Both the position numbers and the translations under genes were made by a program. The notes beneath the pieces were generated by a model, which worked only from the letters and a program-made list of their open reading frames with translations, searched no databases and was not told where the DNA came from. From Candidatus Zhuqueibacterota bacterium (lineage in GTDB: Bacteria; Zhuqueibacterota; Zhuqueibacteria; Residuimicrobiales; Krinioviventaceae), in the NCBI GenBank assembly GCA_016934825.1, contig JAFGSB010000158.1:195-64194 (forward strand): 64,000 bases of DNA. Direction: 5' to 3'. Below, piece after piece: positions 48,282 to 57,372 of the stretch (positions are counted from its first letter, which is position 1; each line of letters starts with the position of its first letter).

Positions 48282-49181
48282 ATGCGGGCATTTTCTTATT
48301 TTACTTCTAAAGGAGAACCACGTATCGGCATGGAGTTTGAAAACAAAAGATATAATTTTACTTATATCTGGCAAATTTTCAAAGAGTTGAAAAATTCTCC
48401 CCAAACGCCTGATTACTATTTCCTGCAGATCATGATTGAAATGGGAAATTTTTCGCGGAAAGTAATAGAAGATGTTTTGACCGAAATAAAACAATTCCGT
48501 TCGCTTGATGATCTGATAATTAAGGAAACGATAAGATATGATGTGCCGATATCCAGACCAAGCAAAATAATATGCCTGGGACGTAATTACACGGCGCACG
48601 CCGAGGAATGGAAATCAAAAGTGCCCGAACAACCCATGTTTTTTAGTAAATTGCCGTCTTCATTGCTGCCCCATGAGGGGTATATCCGGATACCGAAAAA
48701 TATCGGCCGCGTGGATCATGAAATTGAACTGGCGGTTGTGATCGGCCAAAAAGCGAGAAAAGTTCTGGAAAAAGATGCTATGGATTATATTGCCGGCTAT
48801 ACCATTGCGAATGATGTAACCGCGCGGGCGCAGCAGGGCGTAGCGATTAAAAAAGGTCATCCGTGGACTTTGTCCAAGGGCATGGATACATTTTGTCCGA
48901 TGGGACCATATTTGATTCCGGTCGACACGGTAGAAAATCCTCATAATTTACCATTAGAATTAACCGTGAACGGCGGGGTCAAACAAAAGGCCAACACAAA
49001 GGATATGGTGTTCAAAATTCCGGAATTGATCGCATATATTTCAAACCATATAACACTGGAAGTCGGGGACATTATTTGTACGGGTACACCCGAAGGTACG
49101 CTGCCAATCGAACCCGGCGATGTGATTGAAGCAAAAATTGCGGACTTTGGCGTTTTACGTAATAACGTCATTGAGGATTAA
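48282..49181 (+). CDS. Fumarylacetoacetate hydrolase family protein
   Basis: KIICLGRNY, DHEIELAVVIG, NDVTAR, KGMDTFCPMGP and GDIICTGTP. Confidence 0.92.
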   Translation: MRAFSYFTSKGEPRIGMEFENKRYNFTYIWQIFKELKNSPQTPDYYFLQIMIEMGNFSRKVIEDVLTEIKQFRSLDDLIIKETIRYDVPISRPSKIICLGRNYTAHAEEWKSKVPEQPMFFSKLPSSLLPHEGYIRIPKNIGRVDHEIELAVVIGQKARKVLEKDAMDYIAGYTIANDVTARAQQGVAIKKGHPWTLSKGMDTFCPMGPYLIPVDTVENPHNLPLELTVNGGVKQKANTKDMVFKIPELIAYISNHITLEVGDIICTGTPEGTLPIEPGDVIEAKIADFGVLRNNVIED

Positions 49182-49363
49182 AGAAAAAAACAGAGTCGAC
49201 AGGTATTTAATTCATAGCATTTAAAATTATTAATTCTTAATTTGTTACGGTTTTATTTTCGGTGTTTATCTGCTGATACCATAAATCGTATTATAATTTA
49301 ATTTCAAGTGACCGGATGAAATCCGGCCTCCAATATATATTATACCAAAGATTCAGAGGATTT

Positions 49364-50152
49364 ATGCGTGTCGCATTTGTTCAGATGAATTGTGAATTCG
49401 GAGCAATAAATAAAAATATCAATCGTGCCCGGGAACTCATCCAATTGTATAATGCCGATTTGTTTGTATTGCCGGAATTATTCAATACCGGATACCTGTT
49501 CCGGAACCGGAAAGAAACAGCTTCCTTTGCCGAACAGATACCGGAAGGCAATACGAGTCAAATTCTGAAACAAACAGCCGTACAGAAAAAATGTTTTATT
49601 GCGGCGGGAATAGCTGAAAAAGCCGGGAAAAAGATTTATAACTCAAGTCTGATTACCGGTCCGGAGGGATTTATAGCCGTTTATCGAAAGATCCACCTGT
49701 TTGATGAAGAGAAACAGTGGTTTGATCCTGGTGATAAGCCTTTTTTTGTCGTAAATGTCGGCGCTGTTAAAGTTGGTTTGATGATCTGTTTTGACTGGAT
49801 TTTTCCGGAATCCATGCGTTCGTTGGCGATGCTGGGTGCCGATGTGATCTGTCATTCCGCGAACCTGGTGTTACCTTATTGCCAGCAGGCCATGACAACG
49901 CGATGCCTCGAAAACGGCGTTTTTGCTATTACCGCGAACCGTATTGGTTTTGATGATCGCGGTGAGAAAAATATACATTTTACCGGACAAAGCCAGATCA
50001 CCGGGCCCCGCGGGGAAATTATTGCCAGGGCAGGTGAGTCCACAGAGGAAGTCAAGGTTGTCAGGATCAATCCTTTCAGCGCCCGAAACAAGTTTATCAA
50101 CCCTCAGAATGATTTACTGGCGGATAGACGGCCCGAATTGTATAATTTATAA
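49364..50152 (+). CDS. Carbon-nitrogen hydrolase (nitrilase superfamily)
   Basis: Catalytic triad motifs VLPEL, YRKIHL and ICFDW. GAGGA RBS before ATG 49364. Confidence 0.92.
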   Translation: MRVAFVQMNCEFGAINKNINRARELIQLYNADLFVLPELFNTGYLFRNRKETASFAEQIPEGNTSQILKQTAVQKKCFIAAGIAEKAGKKIYNSSLITGPEGFIAVYRKIHLFDEEKQWFDPGDKPFFVVNVGAVKVGLMICFDWIFPESMRSLAMLGADVICHSANLVLPYCQQAMTTRCLENGVFAITANRIGFDDRGEKNIHFTGQSQITGPRGEIIARAGESTEEVKVVRINPFSARNKFINPQNDLLADRRPELYNL

Positions 50153-50203
50153 ATATGAACCAGAGTAACATTTCGCGATTAGAAGAGGAATCACCAGTAT
50201 TAT

Positions 50204-51709
50204 ATGTCAATCTTTATTAGTGTTAAACGATTATTCAAACATTCCGCTATTTATGGAATGGGGCACATTTTTAACCGCCTGATTGTCTTTCTTTTATTAC
50301 CGCTGCATACCAATATTTTCCGCGAAGGGGAGATGGGTGTCGTCGGCGTTGTGTTTGCCTACCTTGCCATATTTACAATTATATATACCTACGGCCTGGA
50401 TACGGCTTTTTTTCGTTTTTATATCCTGGAAGACAGCCAGGAAGGGAAAAAACGGATTCTCTCAACGGCTTTTCTGACAATTCTCGCCACATCATTTTTT
50501 TTTACGGCGGTTTTATATTTTGCCGCCGAACCCGTATCCCACATAATATTTGATCCGGAAACGCGGGCCCTGCCCATCAATTTACCCTATCTTATACGAC
50601 TGGTATGCGTAATATTGTTTTTTGACGCGCTGACTTTTATGCCTTTCCTGGCGCTGCGGGCGGAAGAGAAATCCGTACTGTTTATATTTTACAAGTTTCT
50701 TAATGTAATTATAAATGTCGCGTTCAACGCCGTCTATATTCTCGGCTTAAAAAGCGGCATAGAAGGGATTTTCCTGGCCAATTTGTGGGCCTCAATGTTG
50801 ACATTTTTACTGCAACTGCCGCTGATCGTCAAACGGTTTTCCTTTATATATTCCAAAGTAACCCTTAAGGAACTTTTGGCGTTTGGACTCCCTTACCTGC
50901 CGTCCACTTTATCCGTTTCTTTAATGGATACAATTGACCGTGTTTTTTTGGAACGTTTATCGGGTGTTGAAGCCGTAGGTATTTACAGCCAGGGTGCTAA
51001 ATTAGGTATGTTTATGGCCCTTTTTGTGACTGCGTTCCGGTTTGCCTGGCATCCCTATTTTCTTGCGACATCCAAACAGGAAAATGCCAAAGATATTTTT
51101 CAAAAAATTTTCACTTATGTTTTACTGGCCTGTTTCACGGTTTATATTGTTTTAACTCTTTTTATCGACGACATAATAAAAATCAATATCGGCGGGTTTA
51201 CCATACTGGGTAAAAATTTCTGGGATGCCACTGTCGTTGTGCCGGTTATTTTCCTGGCTTATATTTTTTATGCCGCGTATGTGAATTTTATAATCGGCAT
51301 TTATCTTTATAAAAAGACAAAGTATCTGCCCTTTATAACAATATCGGGAATGCTGGTAAACCTGTTAACCAATTATACCCTGATACCTGTCTGGGGTATC
51401 ATGGGCGCCGCCTGGGCGCGGGTTTTCGCCTATATCGTAATGGCTTCCATTCTATATATCATATCCCAAAAGCTGTACCCGGTAAAATACGAATGGATCC
51501 GGTTATTAAAATTAGTCGTGATCGTTGCTCTGATATATTTTGCGGGTACGCAGGAATTCGTACGTGATCATATCCCATTAAAATTTGTATTATGCTTGAT
51601 TTTCCCATTTATGCTTTATTTAAGCGGATTTTTTGAAAAACAGGAATTATCGAAAATGCACCAGATTGTGAAAAGGTTGCCGTTTATCGGCAGGTTGAAC
51701 CATGAATGA
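50204..51709 (+). CDS. Oligosaccharide flippase (Wzx/MOP family)
   Basis: About 14 hydrophobic segments, HSAIYG, IDRVFL, VGIYS and LIPVWGIMGAAWA. Confidence 0.88.
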   Translation: MSIFISVKRLFKHSAIYGMGHIFNRLIVFLLLPLHTNIFREGEMGVVGVVFAYLAIFTIIYTYGLDTAFFRFYILEDSQEGKKRILSTAFLTILATSFFFTAVLYFAAEPVSHIIFDPETRALPINLPYLIRLVCVILFFDALTFMPFLALRAEEKSVLFIFYKFLNVIINVAFNAVYILGLKSGIEGIFLANLWASMLTFLLQLPLIVKRFSFIYSKVTLKELLAFGLPYLPSTLSVSLMDTIDRVFLERLSGVEAVGIYSQGAKLGMFMALFVTAFRFAWHPYFLATSKQENAKDIFQKIFTYVLLACFTVYIVLTLFIDDIIKINIGGFTILGKNFWDATVVVPVIFLAYIFYAAYVNFIIGIYLYKKTKYLPFITISGMLVNLLTNYTLIPVWGIMGAAWARVFAYIVMASILYIISQKLYPVKYEWIRLLKLVVIVALIYFAGTQEFVRDHIPLKFVLCLIFPFMLYLSGFFEKQELSKMHQIVKRLPFIGRLNHE

Positions 51710-52511
51710 AAAGGCCGCGCTAAAAGACTTTTATGAACAATGCGGGGAAAAGTACCCGGAAGAGGAACTCGTTTACAAAACACTGCGCGGAAAACTGCGC
51801 AAGAAATTTATATTACAGCGTCTCGGCGAATTTCATGGTTCGCTTCTGGAAATCGGTTGCAACCGCGGCATGTATTTACAGGAATATAAGGGGGGAGACA
51901 GTTTTGGGGTTGATTTGAGTTTTAGTGTGTTGCGGCAGGCCCACAGGGAAAAAGTGATCCATCTTGCGGTCGCCGATGCGGAACAGTTATGTTTCAAAAA
52001 TGCCTGTTTTGATCACGTGCTTTGCAGTGAGGTGCTTGAACATTGTTTACATCCCCAGGACATATTCAACGGTATTGCGGCGGTATTAAAACCAAACGGC
52101 CGCGCTTTATTAACCACGCCAAATTATTCAAAAAAAAAGCATGAATATATTGAATTGGGTTCTTTAAAGAGTTTTAATATTGATTGTGATTGCGGGAATT
52201 TTTATTTTCATACGGCGTACAAACCGGGCGAACTGGAGATTATGGCCCAAAAAGCGGGTTTAAAAGTTGTTGAATCCGGTACTCTGGAAAAACAGGTCAA
52301 ATACGCCGCCAAAATTCCTGCCGCAGTATTGTTATTCGGAAGAGTGGTCAATAAGGTCTTTCGTTCAAAAAGGTTTGAACAGATGAATGATTCCTTTTTT
52401 CAGGTATTCACGAACCGGATTTATGATATCTGTCATATAACGGGATTGGAGAAATATCTGTTAAAATTAGTGCCTGAAGGGGTTAGATCTTTTATTATAA
52501 TGGAAAAATGA
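51702..52511 (+). CDS. Class I SAM-dependent methyltransferase
   Basis: LEIGCNRG, GVDLS, ADAEQL, FDHVLCSEVLEH and LKPNG...TTPN. Confidence 0.9.
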   Translation: MNEKAALKDFYEQCGEKYPEEELVYKTLRGKLRKKFILQRLGEFHGSLLEIGCNRGMYLQEYKGGDSFGVDLSFSVLRQAHREKVIHLAVADAEQLCFKNACFDHVLCSEVLEHCLHPQDIFNGIAAVLKPNGRALLTTPNYSKKKHEYIELGSLKSFNIDCDCGNFYFHTAYKPGELEIMAQKAGLKVVESGTLEKQVKYAAKIPAAVLLFGRVVNKVFRSKRFEQMNDSFFQVFTNRIYDICHITGLEKYLLKLVPEGVRSFIIMEK

Positions 52512-52520
52512 ACGGGAGAA

Positions 52521-52946
52521 GTGATTTTGAATATATATTTTTGCTGCTCAATTACGGGCGGAAGAAAATATTTATCAACCAATAAAAAGATTGTTACTTT
52601 TCTCAAAAATCTTGATTATAATGTATTAACTGAACATATTGTAACCACGGATATTTTTAATATTGAGAAACAGTACACGGCAGAGTATATTTTTGAAAGG
52701 GATATAAAATGGATTGACGAGTGCCATGCCGTGATCGCCGAGGTTTCAAATCCGTCGCTCGGCGTCGGGTATGAGATTTGCCACGCATTAAATAAAGGTA
52801 AACCGGTATTGTGTTTGTATGATAAAGACATTTTCCTTTCCAGAATGATCAGCGGCAATACAAAACCGGGAATAATTGTCAAAGCATATTCAGATTCTGA
52901 ATGGCAGGAACATATAGAGAATTTTCTTAAAAAAATAAACACGTAA
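52521..52946 (+). CDS. 2'-deoxynucleoside 5'-phosphate N-hydrolase (DNPH1/Rcl; nucleoside 2-deoxyribosyltransferase fold)
   Basis: IYFCCSITGGR, VLTEH, IFERD and AEVSNPSLGVGYEI. The Tyr/Asp/Glu catalytic positions are present. Confidence 0.85.
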   Translation: MILNIYFCCSITGGRKYLSTNKKIVTFLKNLDYNVLTEHIVTTDIFNIEKQYTAEYIFERDIKWIDECHAVIAEVSNPSLGVGYEICHALNKGKPVLCLYDKDIFLSRMISGNTKPGIIVKAYSDSEWQEHIENFLKKINT

Positions 52947-54139
52947 TGTCCCGTATTATTTTACATCTTGATATGGACGCTTTTTTTGCCGCGATTGAGC
53001 AGCTTGATTTTCCCGAATACAGGGGAAAGCCGTTGATCGTCGGCGCCGATCCCAAAGGGGGAAAAGGGCGTGGAGTCGTCTCTACTTGTAGTTATGAGGC
53101 CCGTAAATATGGGATACATTCCGCTATGCCCATCTCACAGGCTTATAAAAGATGCCCTGAAGGAATATATGTCTATCCACGGGGTAAACGATATAGTGAA
53201 ATATCAAAAAGGATAATCAGACTGCTTGACGAGTTTTCACCTGACATTGAACAGATCAGCATCGATGAAGCGTTTCTTGATATCAGCTCAACATACAAAT
53301 TTTTCGGAACGCCCCGTGAAACGGGAAAAGTCATCAAGGACAGGATCAGGCAGGAAACAGGATTAACGGCTTCTATCGGTATTGCACCGAGTAAATTTAT
53401 CGCGAAAATCGCTTCCGATTTGGAAAAGCCGGACGGACTGGTCATCGTCGAAGAGGAAAATGTGAAAAGCTTTTTGGCGCCGCTTGATATATCCAGAATG
53501 TGGGGCGTAGGGGAAAAAACGTTAACTCATCTGCACGCAATGGGTATACGAACCATAGGCGACCTGGCAAAAAAAACGGAAAAAGAAATAACGGATAAAT
53601 TTGGCAAGTCGGGTCTGCATTTCTGGCAGCTTGCCCGGGGAATTGATCACAGAGCTGTAAGCGGCGGTATTTTAGCCAAATCAATTAGTAAAGAAATCAC
53701 CTTTGACGTCGATAAAAATAATGAATTTGAATTGTTAAATACTTTATTATATTTGAGTAATGAATTAAGCCGGGAAATGAGAAAAAAAGGTTACCGGGGG
53801 AAATGTATAACTTTAAAAATCAGATTGGATGATTTTTCAACATTTTCGAGATCGAGAACATATTCAAGCGCGATAGACTCTTCCAATCTCATTTATACAC
53901 AGATAAAAGATTTATATACTACATTTGACAGGAAGGAGAAAAAAGTAAGATTATTGGGAGTAGGGCTTTCTCACCTGGAAATGGGAGAAAACCAGCTTGA
54001 CCTGTTCGAAAAAGCAACACAAAGAAATGATAAAATTGATAATGTGCTGGATCAGGTTCGTGAAAAGTTTGGCGAAAAATCGATTACAAGGGCCAGCTTG
54101 TTAAAAGCTGACTATGATTCTCAATGGATCAGAGATTAG
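52946..54139 (+). CDS. dinB: DNA polymerase IV
   Basis: HLDMDAFFA, SYEARKYG, SIDEAFLD, KIASD..KPDG and QLDLF (clamp-binding motif). Confidence 0.95.
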   Translation: MSRIILHLDMDAFFAAIEQLDFPEYRGKPLIVGADPKGGKGRGVVSTCSYEARKYGIHSAMPISQAYKRCPEGIYVYPRGKRYSEISKRIIRLLDEFSPDIEQISIDEAFLDISSTYKFFGTPRETGKVIKDRIRQETGLTASIGIAPSKFIAKIASDLEKPDGLVIVEEENVKSFLAPLDISRMWGVGEKTLTHLHAMGIRTIGDLAKKTEKEITDKFGKSGLHFWQLARGIDHRAVSGGILAKSISKEITFDVDKNNEFELLNTLLYLSNELSREMRKKGYRGKCITLKIRLDDFSTFSRSRTYSSAIDSSNLIYTQIKDLYTTFDRKEKKVRLLGVGLSHLEMGENQLDLFEKATQRNDKIDNVLDQVREKFGEKSITRASLLKADYDSQWIRD

Positions 54140-54197
54140 TATATGTATTTTTTATTAAATAAATTTTATGTATGAAAGCCGTAATATAAAGGAGTGA

Positions 54198-56261
54198 ATG
54201 ATGCGCTATGGAATAATATTTTTAATTTTATTAATGGTAGTTCCTGCTTTCAGTCAACCGGCAAATATAAATATTTTATTAATCAAAGAATGGGACAAAG
54301 ATATTGTCGACCCGGTTTATGATAATATCTATGATGCTCTGTCAAAAAGAGTTCTTGAAAATAAATTTCTCAATACGATTCGGAAAATTGATTTCGAATA
54401 TCAAACGGGACTGGTTTTAAATTCAATTTTTGCCGATATAAATGATCCTTTCAAATTGTATGAGTTGAATCAAAGGTTGGATTTAGACGTGGTGGTTTTA
54501 TTATCTGTCAGTCAGGGAGATTTTATGATTCAAGTTTTGGAATTTCCATCCGGCTTATCGATTGACAGGTTAATAATAGGGAAAGATGAACTGGTTAATA
54601 ACGGGATAGACAAAACACTTCAAAGCAAGGTCGATCCGTTATTCAATAAACTGGTCAATAATAATTCGGCGAACGGCTATCCCTTCAGTTCAATTGATTA
54701 TGGAATTGTGGTTTTTGCCGATGATATTAAAGATGAACAGTTTACTCAAGAAATTAACCAGATGAGGAAATACTATAATAACAAAATTGCCCAGAATAAT
54801 AAAAGATTATTTCGTATTAAGATTATTAATCAAAAAACAGATTGTACCGGGACAAGTGCTTTATGTGTGGAAATCGGCGCCGAATTTGCACTGCTAAACG
54901 ATATTGTGGATACACGGGTGAATACCAGTGGCAATATGATCGTGTTTCCAAGTCTGGCGTTTGATAAACCTCTGATTGATGTAGAGTTGCCTTGTCTGCC
55001 AAATGAAGAACAATTTGCCTGTTTCAACTGGAATGGGTCCGGTTTTAATACGGATCAGTTATGTGACAATATCTTTAATGAAGCAATTAATTTCAATGAG
55101 ATAAAAGATACTCCTGTTGTTTTGCATAAACTTTTGAAAATGCATAAATACTGGGTGAATAAAATCGAGAATACGACTATAGACCCTGACCATATAAACG
55201 ATTACTATTTATTACTTTATAACCATCTTCCGGTTAATTCAATCGAAAAAGCGTGGGTTGGATTAAATTATGCCGGTTATTACTATGAGACGGGTCAGTA
55301 TATTCTAGCAAACTCTATGTTGACTGAGACATATACCAATTTTCGGGAAAACACATGTGTAGACGGGATGCTGCTCAGTCTGCTGGCAAAAGCCAGGGTG
55401 GCCGTATTGTTAAAACAATGGCCCAATGCCATCACTTGGTATGAAAGCGTGTTAAAAATTAAAGAAATTAACAGAGATAATTTAACTGTGGCCGGAATTC
55501 AATATAATTTGGGTCTCATAAATGAAATAACCGGAAATCTGGATAAGGCAATATACCATTATGAGAGCAGCGCTTTATTGTTCAATAACTCGACTAATGT
55601 ATTCGAGAGCATACAGATTTATAATAAAATTTGCAGATTATTAAGAGAAACCGGACAATACGATAAAGCTCTTGATTATTCAAATATATATTTAACCCGT
55701 GCCAATGAACTGCACAGCGAGCCGGATATTGCCAATGCACGTTATGAAATGGGTATGGTCAAATTCGAAAAAAAGGATTATAAACAGGCCTTTAATGATT
55801 TAACAATTGCCCAAAGTTTTTATGATTTATTGGATGAAAACAGTAATAATCTTGCTCTCATTCATCTGAAACTGGGTATTATCAATTTTAAAGGGAAAAA
55901 ATATCCGGATGCAAATAAAAATTTTAAAGCTTCTCTTAACCTGGCAACTGAAATTGAAAACAGTGAGGATGTTATCGATTGTTATCGATATATGGGCGAT
56001 ATCGAAGTCATTAATAAAAAATGGCTCGTCGCGCAAAACTATTATGACCAGGGTTTGAAAGTGGCCATGCAAATTAATATGAATCCCGCAATTGCTGAAT
56101 TAATATATAAAAAGGGGCTTGCTCATTTGTATGAAGGACACGTGGCTGTCGGTTATGAGGAGGTTAAAAAGGGTATTGAATTGTCAAACGGTGAAGTTCA
56201 TGGCGGACAAAAAAATGCGGATGCATTTTTAAACAAACTGGAAAAAGCGATAAAAGATTAG
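54198..56261 (+). CDS. Exported hypothetical protein with C-terminal TPR-like repeats
   Basis: Signal peptide and repeats such as YNLGLI...G.LDKAI.HY in the C-terminal half. The N-terminal half is unrecognised. Confidence 0.7.
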   Translation: MMRYGIIFLILLMVVPAFSQPANINILLIKEWDKDIVDPVYDNIYDALSKRVLENKFLNTIRKIDFEYQTGLVLNSIFADINDPFKLYELNQRLDLDVVVLLSVSQGDFMIQVLEFPSGLSIDRLIIGKDELVNNGIDKTLQSKVDPLFNKLVNNNSANGYPFSSIDYGIVVFADDIKDEQFTQEINQMRKYYNNKIAQNNKRLFRIKIINQKTDCTGTSALCVEIGAEFALLNDIVDTRVNTSGNMIVFPSLAFDKPLIDVELPCLPNEEQFACFNWNGSGFNTDQLCDNIFNEAINFNEIKDTPVVLHKLLKMHKYWVNKIENTTIDPDHINDYYLLLYNHLPVNSIEKAWVGLNYAGYYYETGQYILANSMLTETYTNFRENTCVDGMLLSLLAKARVAVLLKQWPNAITWYESVLKIKEINRDNLTVAGIQYNLGLINEITGNLDKAIYHYESSALLFNNSTNVFESIQIYNKICRLLRETGQYDKALDYSNIYLTRANELHSEPDIANARYEMGMVKFEKKDYKQAFNDLTIAQSFYDLLDENSNNLALIHLKLGIINFKGKKYPDANKNFKASLNLATEIENSEDVIDCYRYMGDIEVINKKWLVAQNYYDQGLKVAMQINMNPAIAELIYKKGLAHLYEGHVAVGYEEVKKGIELSNGEVHGGQKNADAFLNKLEKAIKD

Positions 56262-56303
56262 CCTTTTTTACAGGGAATAATTTTAATGTAATGAGGAATA
56301 AGA

Positions 56304-57047
56304 ATAGGTAAAGTTTCACCACACAATCTTGAAAAAAAAATAACTGCCCGCATTGATAAAGCTGTCTGGGAATATAAAATGTTCGCCGCCGGCGACCGGT
56401 TACTTTTATGCGTTTCAGGCGGTGCCGATTCCATGAGTCTGTTATACCTGTTGAGTAAACGCTATACAATTTATGCCGCGGATTTACAGTTAACCGTTTT
56501 ATATGTTGATATGGGTTTTGGAAATCATGCGGACAAACGATGTGAGATCATGCAGCAATACCTGGACAGGCTTGCTGTCAGGGGAAAAATAATCAAATCT
56601 TCCATAGGTCCCTATGCCCATAGTGAGGAAAACAGGGAAAACCCCTGTTTTTTATGCACACGTATCCGTCGAAAAAAAATATTAGAAACCGCGGAAGAAC
56701 TGGGATGTAATAAAATTGTTTTTGGTCACCATAAAGATGATGTTGTTGAAACATTACTCATAAACATGATCTTCGGCCGGGAAATCAGTACAATGATCCC
56801 CTATTTGCCGATACATTCCGGTAAATTTGTGATCGTCCGGCCTCTTGTATTTACCGAAGAAATACTTTTGAAACAATTCCGGAATCAGTTTGATATTCCC
56901 GTTTTTGAACAGGAATGCCCGTCGGAGGGCAACTCAAAACGCCGGTATGTCAAGGAACTGCTGACCCGGATTGAATCGGATTACCGGGGATCACGGGATA
57001 ATATTTTTAATAGTATGAAAAAGGTCAAATCCGATTATCTGCTCTAA
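56304..57047 (+). CDS. ttcA: TtcA-like PP-loop tRNA thiolase
   Basis: SGGADS PP-loop, CFLC, GHHKDD and VRPL. The frame is open upstream of ATG 56379 (LEKKITARIDKAV), so the start is uncertain. Confidence 0.8.
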   Translation: MGKVSPHNLEKKITARIDKAVWEYKMFAAGDRLLLCVSGGADSMSLLYLLSKRYTIYAADLQLTVLYVDMGFGNHADKRCEIMQQYLDRLAVRGKIIKSSIGPYAHSEENRENPCFLCTRIRRKKILETAEELGCNKIVFGHHKDDVVETLLINMIFGREISTMIPYLPIHSGKFVIVRPLVFTEEILLKQFRNQFDIPVFEQECPSEGNSKRRYVKELLTRIESDYRGSRDNIFNSMKKVKSDYLL

Positions 57048-57110
57048 AATCGACTCTCCCGAACCTGCTTTCTTGCTTTCCTGTTTTTTTTTTATTACCT
57101 TAAAACAACA

Positions 57111-57281
57111 GTGTCCGGTTAAACCCGGACGCGACACTCGTGACATATTATTTTATTAACGTTTTCGCATATGAATTCATTAATTGATTTGTTTGAAGAA
57201 ATTAAATTTTTACAATTATATAACTTTATTCTAAGGAACTTGTGAACCGGATCAGGCAGCGGTGTCCGTTAACCGGACACC
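57111..57281. repeat. MITE/REP-like intergenic element with 12-bp perfect terminal inverted repeats (copy 2)
   Basis: GTGTCCGGTTAA (57111-22) and TTAACCGGACAC (57269-80). Each end is itself palindromic. Confidence 0.75.
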
Positions 57282-57372
57282 AGTGATCTTAAAAAGACTT
57301 TTTGATGTGAAAGTTTTTATTATTTGGAAATATAATATTTTGAGATTCGGTTAAAATAAAAAGCGTTCAATA

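Noticed and set aside
49311-49328. CCGGAT-gaa-ATCCGG palindrome as a fourth element copy
   Set aside because: It is a single palindrome with a different spacer and no partner end, and CCGG is frequent here anyway.
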